Assembly: GCA_951406725.2 (NCBI GenBank)
Contig: OX597825.1
Location: forward strand, 14,012,001-14,076,000
Length of the DNA stretch: 64,000 nucleotides
From: Octopus vulgaris
Lineage: Eukaryota
Direction: 5' to 3'
Positions 24,163-37,734 of this stretch are shown piece after piece; positions within the stretch are counted from its first letter, which is position 1, and each line of letters begins with the position of its first letter. A program made the translations under genes and the position numbers. The notes under the pieces are model-generated. The model ran no database searches and was not told the DNA's origin. It worked only from the letters and a program-made list of their open reading frames with translations.

Positions 24163-24873
24163 TTGTATATACATATATATATTAATTCAATTTGGAATAG
24201 AGTTTTGTATCATATCTTTTTTCAGTATTTGGTTTGTAAGGTTCTTGATATGAACTCATGCGTTCATTCATGCTTTGTTGTATTGTGGGAGGGCCAGTAT
24301 GCCAATAGTAAACACATGCACTGGTTCTATTTCACTTCTTAAATTTTGGCGCCCAGGCTACTCTCCTGCTGACAAGTTCCTGTCAAGCAATCCAATCTGT
24401 GCGACCATGGCGAACAAATGTTAAATGATGAGGATGAGGATGATAATGATGATGAATTGTTTAAATTTGTAACCAATTAATTAATCACAGGTTTCCTTAA
24501 GCATTCAGTCAGTCAATCAATCAGCTAAGTCTGTTGAAGTCCTTTCATCACCATTCATGTCATCATCAATGACATACTCTCTTTACTCCCATGACTTCTT
24601 CATATCCGTATTACATCTGTTAAAGTTTGTCATTACACGTGTGTGTGTATGCATGTGTGTGTGTGTGTGTGTCTGTGTGTACTTATGTGATATAAAGAGC
24701 AAATCTAACATTTCCCACTCCTATTAGGAAAATGGCATCATCATCATCATCATCATCATGACCACCACCATCACCACCATCATCATCATTGCCATCGGTG
24801 GCATCATCATTATTGTCATCATCATCGTCATCATCATTATTATTGTTGTCATCATCAAAAGAGTAAAAGAGTA

Positions 24874-24938
<65 letters not shown>

Positions 24939-25363
24939 CACACACACAAACACACACACACATGCACAAACACAATGGGTAATTCTCTGTTTCCATCTAC
25001 CAAAACCACTCTCCAGGGTTTCATCACTATGGCGGCATAGCTGAAGATACTAGCCCTGAGGTGCCCCACAGTGGGGCTGAACCTGAAAACCATAAGGCTG
25101 AGAAGCAGCCTTCTTATCTCACAGCCATGCCTGAACCTATTATATAAAAACTTAAAAACCATTACAGTCTTACAGCAAAATATTTTATTTTTATTCAAAT
25201 TTTTTTGCCCCCCCCCCCCCCGTTATTTCAGAAACTAAAAAGAAACAAAAATTTTTAGAATTAATGTGGTCCTGATAATATCTAATTTTTTTTGTTTCAC
25301 TTTTAGATTCCAATCTATAAATCCATGGTTCTGATTTGATTATTGGTTACCGTTTTGATTTAG

Positions 25364-25491
25364 ATACCATTGTTATTGTCTCTGTTCAAAACAACATCGG
25401 TGCCATCAATAATGACAGCGGAATAATGGTGAAAACTTTAACATTGTCTATAACGGTAGCATTGACGATAACAAGACTAATGGCAACGTGA
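25364..25491 (+). other. Candidate alternative terminal coding exon; phase-1 reading TIVIVSVQNNIGAINNDSGIMVKTLTLSITVALTITRLMAT*
   Basis: ttttgatttag acceptor; a stronger acceptor at 25306 gives the same frame but stops after SNL. Confidence 0.25.
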
Positions 25492-25718
25492 TAGTGAACT
25501 CGATGACAGCAAAAATAATTACTGCAACACAAAACATGACAAGCCAATATTAAACAGAATTGATAAATTCACTGGAAATAAAAACTGTTACTATTACAAC
25601 AAAAGCTAATAAAAAATGTGATAAAAGCAATCTTGTTATTCAAGTACATTAGCTGTAAAAACATTAGAGATAAAAATAACATTGTTTAACCATGTTTTCA
25701 GCTAGTCATACCGTCTCT

Positions 25719-25757
<39 letters not shown>

Positions 25758-25759
25758 GC

Positions 25760-25797
<38 letters not shown>

Positions 25798-25807
25798 ACA
25801 GATATAT

Positions 25808-25880
<73 letters not shown>

Positions 25881-25951
25881 ATATATATATATTCATATAT
25901 ATATATACATATATGTACATATATATACATACATATATATATTCATATATA

Positions 25952-26024
<73 letters not shown>

Positions 26025-26077
26025 GTATAAATATATACATATATATTTATATGTATGTATATATGTACATATATACG

Positions 26078-26139
<62 letters not shown>

Positions 26140-26140
26140 C

Positions 26141-26201
<61 letters not shown>

Positions 26202-26217
26202 TTTTATATATACATAC

Positions 26218-26254
<37 letters not shown>

Positions 26255-26743
26255 TATATACTTATTTATATATACTTATATTACACATGCTCATGTGCAC
26301 ACACACCACACATAAACACACACATATTGCTTGGAGTAACTCTAACTTCAAAGCATATACGAAAACCAAGCCAAAATTCAATTATGGGAGATACCATTAT
26401 GCAGGAACCTTGTCCAAGACCAGCAACTAATGCAAAATTTGGAAATTAAAGTCACCTCAGATTATAGGTGCCAGTCGAGTACATTAGACCACCTGCCTTC
26501 TCTATCAGAGCTGCATAGCTTCATCAGTTCTTCAAAAATGTTGTAATTTGATTACTATAGCAACCATGACAATTACCATCAACTCCAACCCCTATTATTG
26601 TTGCCGTTAACTAAAAGATGGAAATCCCCTAAGTGAAAATATATAATGATAATAATAATAATAATAATAATAAAAAACACAAAACACATATAACATAAAA
26701 ATAATAATAATAATAATAATAAAAAACACAAAACACATATAAC

Positions 26744-26792
<49 letters not shown>

Positions 26793-26799
<7 letters not shown>

Positions 26800-26995
26800 C
26801 ACAAAACACATATAACATACAGAAAATTGCACTACTAGGCACTGCACACATCCTACGCAGAACACTTTCCATACAATAACCATCAGAGCATCACAACAAA
26901 TCACAGCACATACCTAAGGCACACAGATCTGCGCTCGGTAGCGAAGTGAAAGCATGCTATAAAAATAAAACTACTGAATAATAATAATAATAATA
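26793..26995 (+). mobile_element. R4/Dong-type (restriction-like endonuclease) LINE 3' end in (TAA)n
   Basis: Encodes NTYNIQKIALLGTAHILRRTLSIQ* (stop at 26877-26879), the QKxxLLGTAHILR C-terminal motif; short 3'UTR then (AAT)n. Confidence 0.8.
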
Positions 26996-26997
26996 GT

Positions 26998-27599
26998 TGC
27001 AGGTGTGGCTGTGTGGTAAGTAGCTTGCTTACCAGCCACCGGGTTCTGGGTTCATTCTCACTATGTTGCATCTTGGGTAAGTGTCTTCTACTATAGCCCC
27101 GGGCCGACCAAAGCCTTGTGAGTGAATTTGGTAGACGGAAACTGAAAGAAGCCCATTGTATATATGTATATATAAAATGTCATTTGACTGTGGCCATGCT
27201 GGAGCACCGCCTTTAGTCGAGCAAATCGACCCCAGGACTTATTCTTTGTAAGCCTAGTACTTATTCTATCGGTTTTTTTTTGCCGAACTGCTAAGTTACA
27301 GGGACATAAACACACCAGCATCGGTTGTCAAGTGAAGTTTTTTTGGGTGGGGGACAAACTCAGACACTCAAATATATACACACACATACATATATTTATA
27401 TATATATATATACATATATATATATACATATATATGACAGGCTTCTTTCAGTTTCTGTCTACCAAATCCACTCACAAGGCGTTGGTCGGCCCGAAGCTAT
27501 AGTAGGAGACACTTGCCCAAGGTGCCACGCAGTGGGACTGAACCCGGAACCATGTGATTGGTAAGCAAGCTACTTACCACACAGCCACTCCTACGCCTA
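26998..27599. mobile_element. Inverted pair of SINE-A copies (+ 26998-27165; - 27178-27599)
   Basis: Head and body at 26998-27165 are complementary to about 27430-27599. Confidence 0.88.
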
Positions 27600-27854
27600 C
27601 ATTGTTGGTTGTTTTATAAAAAAAACTTTAGATAATCTTTTGTTTTAACTGCAGGATTGTAAAAAATGCAAAACAATCCAGGAATGCAAAAAAATAGATT
27701 TTATCTCTTAATTGAAATTAATAAATAAATGCTTAAATGTCAATTATTAAACATCATTATTATATGATATGTTTTTTTTGTTTCTAAAGAGCAAAATGTT
27801 GTTATTTTATAATGGTAGTATGAAAGAAACTATGACAGTTGTAATTAAAATTAC

Positions 27855-28022
27855 AGGTGAAGGTGTGTAAGCGTAGTAAGAAGCATGTTTAATAACCAAA
27901 TGGTTCTTGGTTCAGTCCCATTGTGTGGCACCTTGGGCAAATGTCTTCTATAATAGCCTCAGGCTGACCAGAGCCTTGTGAGGGGACTTTGGAGACAGAA
28001 ACTGAAAGAAGCTTGTCGTATG
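27855..28022 (+). mobile_element. SINE-A head and body (diverged)
   Basis: ggttcagtccc…ccttgggcaa…gaaactgaaagaagc. Confidence 0.8.
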
Positions 28023-28074
28023 TACATACATACATGTATACATGTGTGTGTGTGTATGTATTTATGTATATATA

Positions 28075-28139
<65 letters not shown>

Positions 28140-28278
28140 GTATATGTATATATAATATATATATATATGTATAAAATAAATATAAGAGAGTGGTCACTAT
28201 ATGGCTCACTCTAGCACCAGTTAATCCAAATACTATTAAATTAGTATCTAATTCTCTCACCCTTATTAATTAATTATA

Positions 28279-28340
<62 letters not shown>

Positions 28341-28347
28341 TATACAC

Positions 28348-28655
28348 AACATGGTTGTGTTGTAGGAAGCATTCTTCCCAACCATATAGTTCCAGATTCA
28401 GTCCCACTGTGTGGCACCTGGGGCAAATATCTTCTACTATAGTCTTGGGCCATCCAAAGCCTTGTGAATGGATTTTGATAGACGGAAACTGAAAGAAGCC
28501 CTTCATATCTATATGTATATATTTATTATAGAGAATAATTAACAGGTATTACAAAAACGAGATAAAAAGTACTAGGGTTGATTGATTCAGCTAGAAATAT
28601 TCTTCTGGGTGGCCCCAGCATGGCCGTAGTCTCATGATTGAAACAAGGAAAAGAT
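28348..28655 (+). mobile_element. SINE family A (diverged, internally deleted)
   Basis: Head and body at 28348-28505, tail remnant at 28560-28655. Confidence 0.75.
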
Positions 28656-29420
28656 GCAAAAAAACAAAACAAAAAAACTATTCATGTAAAAATAATTGCA
28701 AATTGGCAATTCATTTCAAATTTCTCTTTCATTAACTTACATGCACACATACATACACATACATGCACACACACATACCATACATACATACATACATACA
28801 CACACATATCATACATACAGGGATACATACCGTATCATGCATATATACACACCCATACATACATACACCCACACATGTATACCATATATACATACTGTAT
28901 CATACATACAAACATACATACATACGTACATACACATACATACATACAGTATCATACATACACTCATACATGTATACATAAACATACACTTCAATATGTA
29001 TGATGTTATATACAGAAACTTATGGTCTGCGTTTTTTTTTTTTTTTATATGAACTTACATTCTCTCAGAGGGAATGCCATGGATAGATCAGCCAATTCTT
29101 TTATAAATATGTCCTTACCCTAGAGTCAGTACAGAAATATAGACACTTACGCAAGGTTTAAAGTAATTTGACATTTGGTTTGTATATCTGATAAACATCG
29201 TAATTCTTGTAGGAAGCTTTCTCCGACACAAACATTGTTTGTTGTTGTTATATTCACAAATGTTTATTTTCATCTGTATTATAAACTATTATCTGGTTTT
29301 CCTATTCATGCAGCCAAAAATCAATAATCAATCAGCCGAATAATATAAAACACTTGTGATGTTATGATTATAGTTTATTGTGATACACTTATCTACCAGT
29401 TCTGTTTTGTCCTATAGAAA

Positions 29421-29910
29421 CATCATCATCATCATCATTATCATCATCGTCGTCGTTTAACGTCCGCTTTCCATGCTAGCATGGGTTGGACGAATGACTG
29501 AGGTCTGGTGAACCAGGTGGCTGAACCAGACTTCAATCTTGATCTGGCAGAGTTTCTACAGCTGGATGCCCTTCCTAACGCCAACCACTCCGAGAGTGTA
29601 GTGGGTGCTTTTACGTGCCACTGGCACGGGGGCCAGTCAGGCGATACTGGCAACAACCTCACTCGAATATTTTACACATGCCACCGGCACAGGTGCTAGT
29701 ATGGCGATGCTGGTAATGATAACGCTCGAATGGTGTCTTTTACGTGCCACCGGCAAGGAGGCCAGATAGCCGCTCTGGCAATGATCACGCTTGGATGGTG
29801 TGCTTTAAGGTGGCGCAGGTAATGATCACACTCGAATGGTGCCTTTTAAGTGCCACTAGCAAAGAAGTCGGTTAGCCACTCTGTCAGTGGTCACACTCGA
29901 GTGGTGCTCC
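29421..29910 (-). mobile_element. Family D element with about five tandem units
   Basis: (CAT)n, tail, then repeated ttttacgtgccaccggcac…ctggcaatgatcacgctcgaatggtg units. Confidence 0.88.
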
Positions 29911-30108
29911 TGTGAAAATAAGTGAAACTGTAGATGCCAAAGAAAACCAATGATTATCTACATCAGACAACATTAAATAAAGTTCATAAAGTTGACTAGA
30001 TTATTTTGCTTTAAGGTAAAGAAAATACCTGCAATTTCAGAGTGGACTCTTTATTGGAGAGCGATCATTTTCTCTGATATGACTCTGAATAGCACAAGTT
30101 ATATATAA

Positions 30109-30330
30109 CCCTTTCGATACCAATCTGGTTGAAGCTGTCTCTGACTCTGTAGAGCAAATGTCTTGTTTCCAAAAGTTCTGAATTAAAACCTTCCACCAAG
30201 CCTTAGTCACAATTTATGTTCCAAATACTAGCTTAATGATAACTAAGTTATTTTACTAAATTCTTTGTTATATTCAAAATTAGTTGAAAGAAACACAGAG
30301 CATCTCAACAGAAATATGATAACAAAATGG
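30109..30330. mobile_element. Second copy of the piggyBac-type MITE (degenerate right end)
   Basis: Colinear with 21973-22192. Confidence 0.75.
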
Positions 30331-30691
30331 TGGAGGTACAAACACAGACACACACATAAATATATATATTTAGATATATATATCAAAAGGATGTGTTATA
30401 ATACTATTCCACATATACGAAAACAGCCATAATAATAATCCAACATAGCTCCATCATCAGCTGCCCCACAGATATCATTATGGTTTTGACACCTGGGCAG
30501 TACCACTCAATCTGGGGCTCTCAACAGCATTAAAATAAGTGTTGTTTGGAAACAACAAACCAAAGAAACCATAACTTACAAACACATTTACCCTATGTAG
30601 AACCATATTGGTAAATAAATCCAATAAGTAAATTACAACCAACTCCTAAATACGTAGCTAAACAGCAACCAATCCATTACATATATATATA

Positions 30692-31125
30692 TGATGGGCT
30701 TCTTTCAGTTTCCATCTACCAAATCCACTCCCAAGGCTTTAGTCAGCCCTATTGTAGAAGATACTTGCATGAGGTGCCACACAGTAGGACTGAACCCAGA
30801 ACTATGTGGTTGGGAAGAAAGCTTCTTACCACAGCCACACCTGCACTGATACACGCACATAATATATACATATATACATATGTGTGTATGTGTGTGTGTG
30901 TATGTGTGTGTGTGTGTGTGTGTTTACCCCCACCCAGCCACTCAATAACCAGTGATAGTTTGTTTCTGTCTCTATAACATAGCAGTTCATCAAAAGGAAC
31001 TAATAGAATAAGTACTAAACTTAATTAAAAAAATATAAGTACTGCGATTGTTTTGTTCTGCAAAATTCATCAAAGCAGTGCTTCAGCATGGCTGCATTCC
31101 AAAAACTAAAACAAACAAAAGATAG
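30692..31125. mobile_element. SINE-A head (minus) back-to-back with a SINE-A tail (plus)
   Basis: 30692-30845 is a reverse-complement head; 30900-31125 is a tail. Confidence 0.7.
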
Positions 31126-31215
31126 AAGTTAAAACAATCTAATAACATATCCCCCACCTACCCACCGCAAAAACTGCTCCTGTATTTTTATGATTTTATT
31201 AATATTTTATAAACA

Positions 31216-31662
31216 GATAGGTGTAGGAGTGGCTGATAGGCATAGGAATGGCTGATAGGCACAGGAGTGGCTGTGTGGTAAGTAGCTTGCTTACGAACCA
31301 CATGGTTCCGGATTCAGTCTCACAGCGTGGCACCTTGGGCAAGTGTCCTCTACTATAGCCTCGGGCTGACCAAAGCCTTGTGAGTGGATTTGGTAGACGG
31401 AAACTGAAAGAAGCCGCACATATATATGTATATATGTATTTGTATGTGTGTGTGTCTGAGTTTGTCTCCACCCTGACATTGCTTTACAACTGATGCTGGT
31501 GTGTTTACGTACCCATAACTTAGCAGTCTGGCAAAAGAGACTGACAAAATAAGTACTAGGCTTACAAAGAATAAGTCCTGGGGTCGATTTTCTCGACTAA
31601 AAGCGGTGCTCCAGCATGGCCACAGTCAAATGACTGAAACAAGTAAAAAAGTAAAAGAGTAA
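31216..31662 (+). mobile_element. SINE family A with triplicated 19-bp 5' end
   Basis: gataggtgtaggagtggct / gataggcataggaatggct / gataggcacaggagtggct, then a full element. Confidence 0.9.
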
Positions 31663-32154
31663 AACAGTTGATATTTCAAGAAAAGCTTCCAGCAGATTGT
31701 TAATGCTCAGCCAACAGCAACAGGTTTGATTAATCTTCACCATATCACTTTTTTCAGAAATCCATAAAAAGCATGGTGTGCTATAAGAAACTCATTTAAA
31801 TGTCTGTGCGTCAGATAAGACATTTAGAATGCTATTTTCATCTAAACCTTTTTTTTTTTGTCTTAATCTTGGCAACACAACCAATATACTTGTTACTCTG
31901 CACCATCAACTATCATAGAGCAACATCTTGGATTATATTACTTTAACAATGATAATATTTACGTATGTAAAACATGTCACATACCCAGACAGATTGACAT
32001 TTTCATCCAGGAATATAATATTTTGGTAAGACTAAGGACTAATTATTTTATCATTGTTCTACAGTTTCTGCGACAGTAAATATCTCAAGATAGTTAGATA
32101 GCTAGGTTGATGGTAGAAATAGAAAACAATCTTGGTTTATTTATGATCAAAAAC

Positions 32155-32296
32155 AGGCACAGGAGTGACTGTGTGGTAAGTAGCTTGCTTACCAACTACA
32201 TGGTTCCAGGTTCAGTCCCACTGCATGGCACATTGGGCAAGTGTCTTCTACTATAGCCTCGGGCCGACCAAAGCCTTGTGAGTGGATTTGCTAGTC

Positions 32297-32327
<31 letters not shown>

Positions 32328-32820
32328 CGTGTGTGTGTATATGCTTGTGTGTCTGTGTTTGTCCCCTCAACATCGCTTGACAACCGATGCTGATGTGTTT
32401 AAGTCTCTGTAACTTAGCAGTTCGGCAAAAGTAACCGATAGAATAAGTACTAGGCCTACTAAGAATAAGTCCTGGAATTGATTTGCTTGACTAAAGGCGG
32501 TGCTCCAGCATGACCGCAGTTAAATGGCTGGCACCTGTGCAGGTAGCATGTAAAAAGCACCATTTGAGCATGGCTGTTGCCAGTACTGCCTGACTTGCCC
32601 TCGTGCCGGTGGCACGTAAAAGCACCCACTACACTCTTGGAGTGGTTGGTGTTTGGAAGGCCATCCAGCTGTAGAAATTCTGCCAGATCCAGATTCAAGA
32701 TTGGAGCCTGGTACAGCTATGTGGTTTGCCAGTCCTCAGTCAAAATCGTCCAACCCATGCCAGCATGGAAAGCGGACGTTAAGCGATGATGATGCTGATG
32801 CTGATGCTGATGATGACGAT
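32155..32820 (+). mobile_element. SINE-A fused directly to a family D element
   Basis: A head, body and tail to ~32525, then D units, tail and (GAT)n. Confidence 0.85.
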
Positions 32821-33210
32821 GAATCTGTTGAAGCAGATTTTCTGTGACCGGATGCCTTTCCTGTCACCAACTCTCACCTGTTTCCAATCATGGCAATATT
32901 TACCCATGACCAGACATGTTTTTGCAGAATCCTGGAAATGAGTGACACTGCTTGTATGAAGGTGACACTCATTTACAACTATCACATGATGTCAAGACAT
33001 GGAGATACAAACATATAGACATTCATACACACATACACATACGCATATATACATATGTATATACATACACTGGGCTTCTTCCATTTGCTGTCTACCAAAT
33101 AAGGCTTTAGTCAGCATTGGGGGCTATGATAAAAGACACTTGTTCAAGGTGCTGCACGGTGGAACGGAACTCAAGACCACATGGCTGCAAAGCAACCTTC
33201 TTAACCACAC
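32821..33210 (-). mobile_element. SINE-A head with D2 tail
   Basis: D2 segment (ggatgcctttcctgtcaccaactctcacctgtttcc…gatgtcaagac) contiguous with a reverse A head. Confidence 0.65.
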
Positions 33211-34380
33211 GTCTATACACGTTCTTAGAAACCAGCACTCTTATCTAAATAAAGCTGTAATTGTGGAGAAACACTGAAATGTCAAATACCTGTCTGTTAA
33301 CCTCTTGAGACATTTCACTTAGCGGCGTAAAATATATGGTGTTAATGAAGACACTGTAAAATATTGCCAACTATTAACTGACATCGCTATACAATCTTCA
33401 GATGTTTTATAGGTTTATTAGCACCAAACTGTAATTAAAGTTTAAGAGATTTTAATTGAAGTTGGCACTTTAAGAAAAAAAAAAAAAATTTGAATATTTT
33501 CCTCAACACCATCGTTCTATTCAAAGTGATCTTGAATTTATATTTATGTGAAGAAATCAATAATTATTCTCAAATAGTTTGTCTTTCTTTTTTTCTTTTT
33601 TCTTCCTTTTTATTTCCCAGTATAGTGTTTATATCTGACACTATATCTAGAGCAGAGCTAACAGCCAAAAGGTTGCTAACCTTCTATAAACATTTCACGT
33701 TTTGACTAATTTTATGTGTTTCCGTGGTCATTGAAAATCGTTATTAGGATATAATTCTTCTGTTTGTACATAACCTAGACCCAACCTGGACCTAATTCAA
33801 GCAACTTTGACTATATATATATATTTATACCATTGTCTCTTGTAAATACTTGACAAGGGGCTTTCTCAAATGTTTCTTGAACAAAAGATTTCATAAAAAA
33901 TATCAGGATTTATTGATGTCGTGGCCAACTCTTGCAACAATAACATTTCTACATCTTGAAATTTCTGTACATAATTCTGGTAGATTTGTGTTTTAGGAAA
34001 AACAAACAAACATTATTATTGCTGTCAAGTTCATTCAAAATTACAGTCAGGTTATATACGGAGGTTGTTTGGTTGAAGAAATGTTTTGAACCATAAAAAG
34101 AATCCTACAACAGTTCCTAAAAATGTCTGAGGTCTTGGGGCTGAATTGGACAGAGTAGAAATAATTGTCTTTTTGAGTAGGATATTGGTGTGGCAGCGAA
34201 ATTTTTTCCTGAAACTTATATTAACCAACAGTCAACAATTATTGAAAAGGTTGCAAGACGCAACGAAAATTTTAGAAAAATAAATAAGTAAATGGGTGGA
34301 AATTTTACCGGTGAGTGTGTTAAATTATAAGGCACTAAAAGAGAATGACTCTCCCCAGACACAACAGAATATGCTTCAAT

Positions 34381-34602
34381 AGGTGGCAAGCTGGCAGAAA
34401 CGTTAGCACGCCGGGCGAAATGCTTAGCGCTATTTCGTCTGCCGTTAAGTTCTTAGTTCAAATTCCACCGAGGGCGACTTTGCCTTTCATCCTTTCAGAG
34501 TCGATAAATTAAGTACCAGTTATGCACTTGGGTCGATGTAATCGACTTAATGTCCTTGTTTGTCCCCTCTATGTTTAGCCCGTTGTGGGCAATAAAGAAA
34601 TA
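34381..34602 (+). mobile_element. SINE family B inserted into repeat K
   Basis: Flanked by the imperfect direct repeat agaatatgcttcaa / agaatatagttcaa. Confidence 0.88.
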
Positions 34603-34853
34603 AGAATATAGTTCAACACACGAACTCACATGAAGAATCTTACAAACCAAATCCAAAACCGAAATTATATTAACCAGTTACAGAGCTAGATAAACCAAAC
34701 AGTATAAGGTTGCCTTGTCTTGTTTTACCTTGGTTCCTTGATTCTTTAAGGAACTTTTGATTTTGGTATGTTTTGGATATTTTAGACACCTGGCAGAGCT
34801 CATCGCTCCCTATGTCTGACTGCGGTCAATTTCTTCCAAGAAGGAAGAAAAGA

Positions 34854-34909
<56 letters not shown>

Positions 34910-35633
34910 AGAATGGACCCTAATTCAAAACTGGTACTTTATTTATCAAAGGTGAAGAGGACCTGGCAACATTTGAACTAAGTGTGCAGGAGAATCAGAA
35001 ATAAATGGTCAAGGCAAGCTTTCAGACTCTGCCAATTTGCTGCATAATATCATATTAGGTAGTCTTTTAGAAGAATGTCTGATATCATAACATATAAAGT
35101 AGCAAATATGAAACCTCATCTCGTTAACTCTTTTCATTAATAGACTACATTTAAATTAGAGTTGCTTTTGTATTGAAACCAACAACTTAAAATTTGGTTC
35201 TGCAAAGTAAACAACCGTTTATTTAGTCTGGGAGTCTTGTAGTTAAATAATAAGAAAACATTATTTATGACTATGATTAGTATCCTTGGTTACCGTTGCC
35301 AATGAACCAGCTTAATGGCTTCCGTTCCCGACTGGATGAATTTGGCTTCACAAACATGAAAATTATCTGGTAAAAGCATGTTCATATTTTAATCTTTTAA
35401 AAGTCTTGTACTTTATACCAAAATCCAAGGACAGAAGAAATCTTGTGTGTGATGTCAGAATCATTAGCATGCTACACAAAAATGCTTAATAGCATTTCAT
35501 GTCAGTTCTTTACATTCTGAGTTCAAATTCTGCCAAGGTCGACTTCTCATTCTGATATTGTCGATAAAGTACCATACCAGTTGAGAATTTGGGGGTAACA
35601 TAACCGAGTTATTTTCCCTTAAAATTGCTCGGC

Positions 35634-36063
35634 TTACTCTTTTTTACTCTTTTAGCTGTTTCAGTCATTTGACTGTGGCCATGCTGGAGCACCGCCTTTA
35701 GTCAAGCAAATCGACCCCAGGACTTATTCTTTGTAATCCTCGTACTTATTCTATCGTCTCTTTTGCTGAACCGCTAAGTTACGGGGACATAAACACACCA
35801 GCATTGGTTGTCAAGCAATGTTGGTGGTGGAGGGAGTGACAAGCACAGACACACAAACATATACAAACACACACACACATATATATATATACATATATAC
35901 GATGGGCTTCTCTCAGTTTCTGTCTACTAAATCCACTCACAAGGCTTTGGTTGGCTCGAGGCTATAGTAGAAGACACTTGTCCAAGGTGCCACGCAGTGG
36001 GACTGAACCCGGAACCATGTGGTTGGTAAGCAAGCTACTTACCACACAGCCACTCCTACACCT
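35634..36063 (-). mobile_element. SINE family A, full length, nested in a diverged SINE-B starting near 35457
   Basis: Reverse complement of the 16654 copy; the B tail resumes at ~36066 (ggcttgtgccaaaa). Confidence 0.9.
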
Positions 36064-36177
36064 ATGGCTTGTGCCAAAAATTAGAAAGAATTTTGCTTGC
36101 TTGTCTCTATCTTCAAAACAGCATAATCTTCTGATATTAGTTGATATTTCTGTCTCCCTTCTTGTTTGTATACCTGT

Positions 36178-36592
36178 TTCATTACTACCCACAAGGGGCT
36201 ATTCACAGAAAGGACAAATAAGGACAGACAAATGGATTAAGTCAATTATATCAACCCCCAGTGCATAACTGGTACTTAATTTATCGACCTCGAAAGGATG
36301 AAAGGCAAAGTCGAACTCGGCGGAATTTGAACTCAGAATGTAGCGGCAGACGAAATACTTATTTATTTACTACCCACAAGAGGCTAAATGCAGAGAGGAT
36401 AAACAAGGACAGACAAACGGATTAAGTCGATTATATCGACGCCAGTGTGTAACTGGTACTTATTTAATTGACCCCGAAAGGATGAAAGGCAAAGTCAACC
36501 TCGGCAGAATTTGAACTCAGAACATAACGGCAGACGAAATGCCGCTAATCATTTCGTCTGATGTGCTAACGATTCTGCCAGTTCACCACCTT
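36178..36592 (-). mobile_element. SINE family B with duplicated body and tail
   Basis: Two consecutive ~175-bp body+tail units share one head. Confidence 0.85.
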
Positions 36593-37141
36593 ACTTGTTT
36601 GTATACCTATTAAGTATTTAACATCGTGTCTGTCCATGTCATTAAACAGGAAAATGATGAAGTTCCCCTTTATTTTTTTAATCTGTACGGGTCATTATTC
36701 TATATTACAGCAGCAATTCTCCTTATGTAGAAATACAAAACCAGATGATTCCCCTAAACATGTCCTTCCTTTTATGTAATCCAAGCAAGTTAGAAACTAG
36801 GTCTACATCAGAGAAAATATATGGAAACATATACACGCCACAAGAGACCCATTATCTCTAATAATAATTTAACTAAGCAATGTTATCTTTTCTTTCGCTT
36901 TAATTCTGTGCTAATTTTAAGCATTTCATTCATGAGTGTTTTGACTCTGCTGTTGAATGGTGATTGCAGAACCTTTTGGGTCTTGAAGACTAATCATAAC
37001 AGCTCCTTGACTTCTGCAAATTTTCCCTCTTTTATATATTGTTTATACAGCTGTTTGGAAGGTTAACCTTCTGAGAGATTACCATCTGCTTATATACCTT
37101 GTTAGTTTCCATCTGACTGGAAGCCTGTCAATCTTTATCTA

Positions 37142-37172
<31 letters not shown>

Positions 37173-37273
37173 ATTCATTCATCTATCCATCAATCCATTC
37201 AGCCATCCATCCATTCCCCTCTTTCTCTGTCTCTCTGTCTCTCCCTCCTTTTCTCTCTCTCTCTCTCTCTCTG

Positions 37274-37309
<36 letters not shown>

Positions 37310-37444
37310 CGTGTGTGAGTCTATATCTATATACACATATATCTGTATGTGTGTGTGTGTGTGTTTGTGTATATATATATACCTATATCTATCCATATCT
37401 ACACACACACATATATATGTATACATATATATATGTATACATAC

Positions 37445-37561
<117 letters not shown>

Positions 37562-37734
37562 ATTCATTCACTTTTATTAACTTGCCTCTCCTTGTCATAA
37601 TTTGGAGCCAAGTCAAGTTAATTTCTCCCCAAAGAACATTCTAGAAAGATCAGATTTGTATGGAAATTTGGTTTCTTTTCATTAATCAGATACAAAACAA
37701 ATCTGTCAGTGAATAGAGCAATAATCTTTTGATG

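Noticed and set aside
25692-26315. YIYI-type ORFs throughout the window
   Set aside because: Translations of (TA)n/(CA)n tracts.
29590-29910. CRISPR-like repeat/spacer array
   Set aside because: Eukaryotic context; inter-repeat segments are homologous to each other rather than unique spacers; no cas genes.
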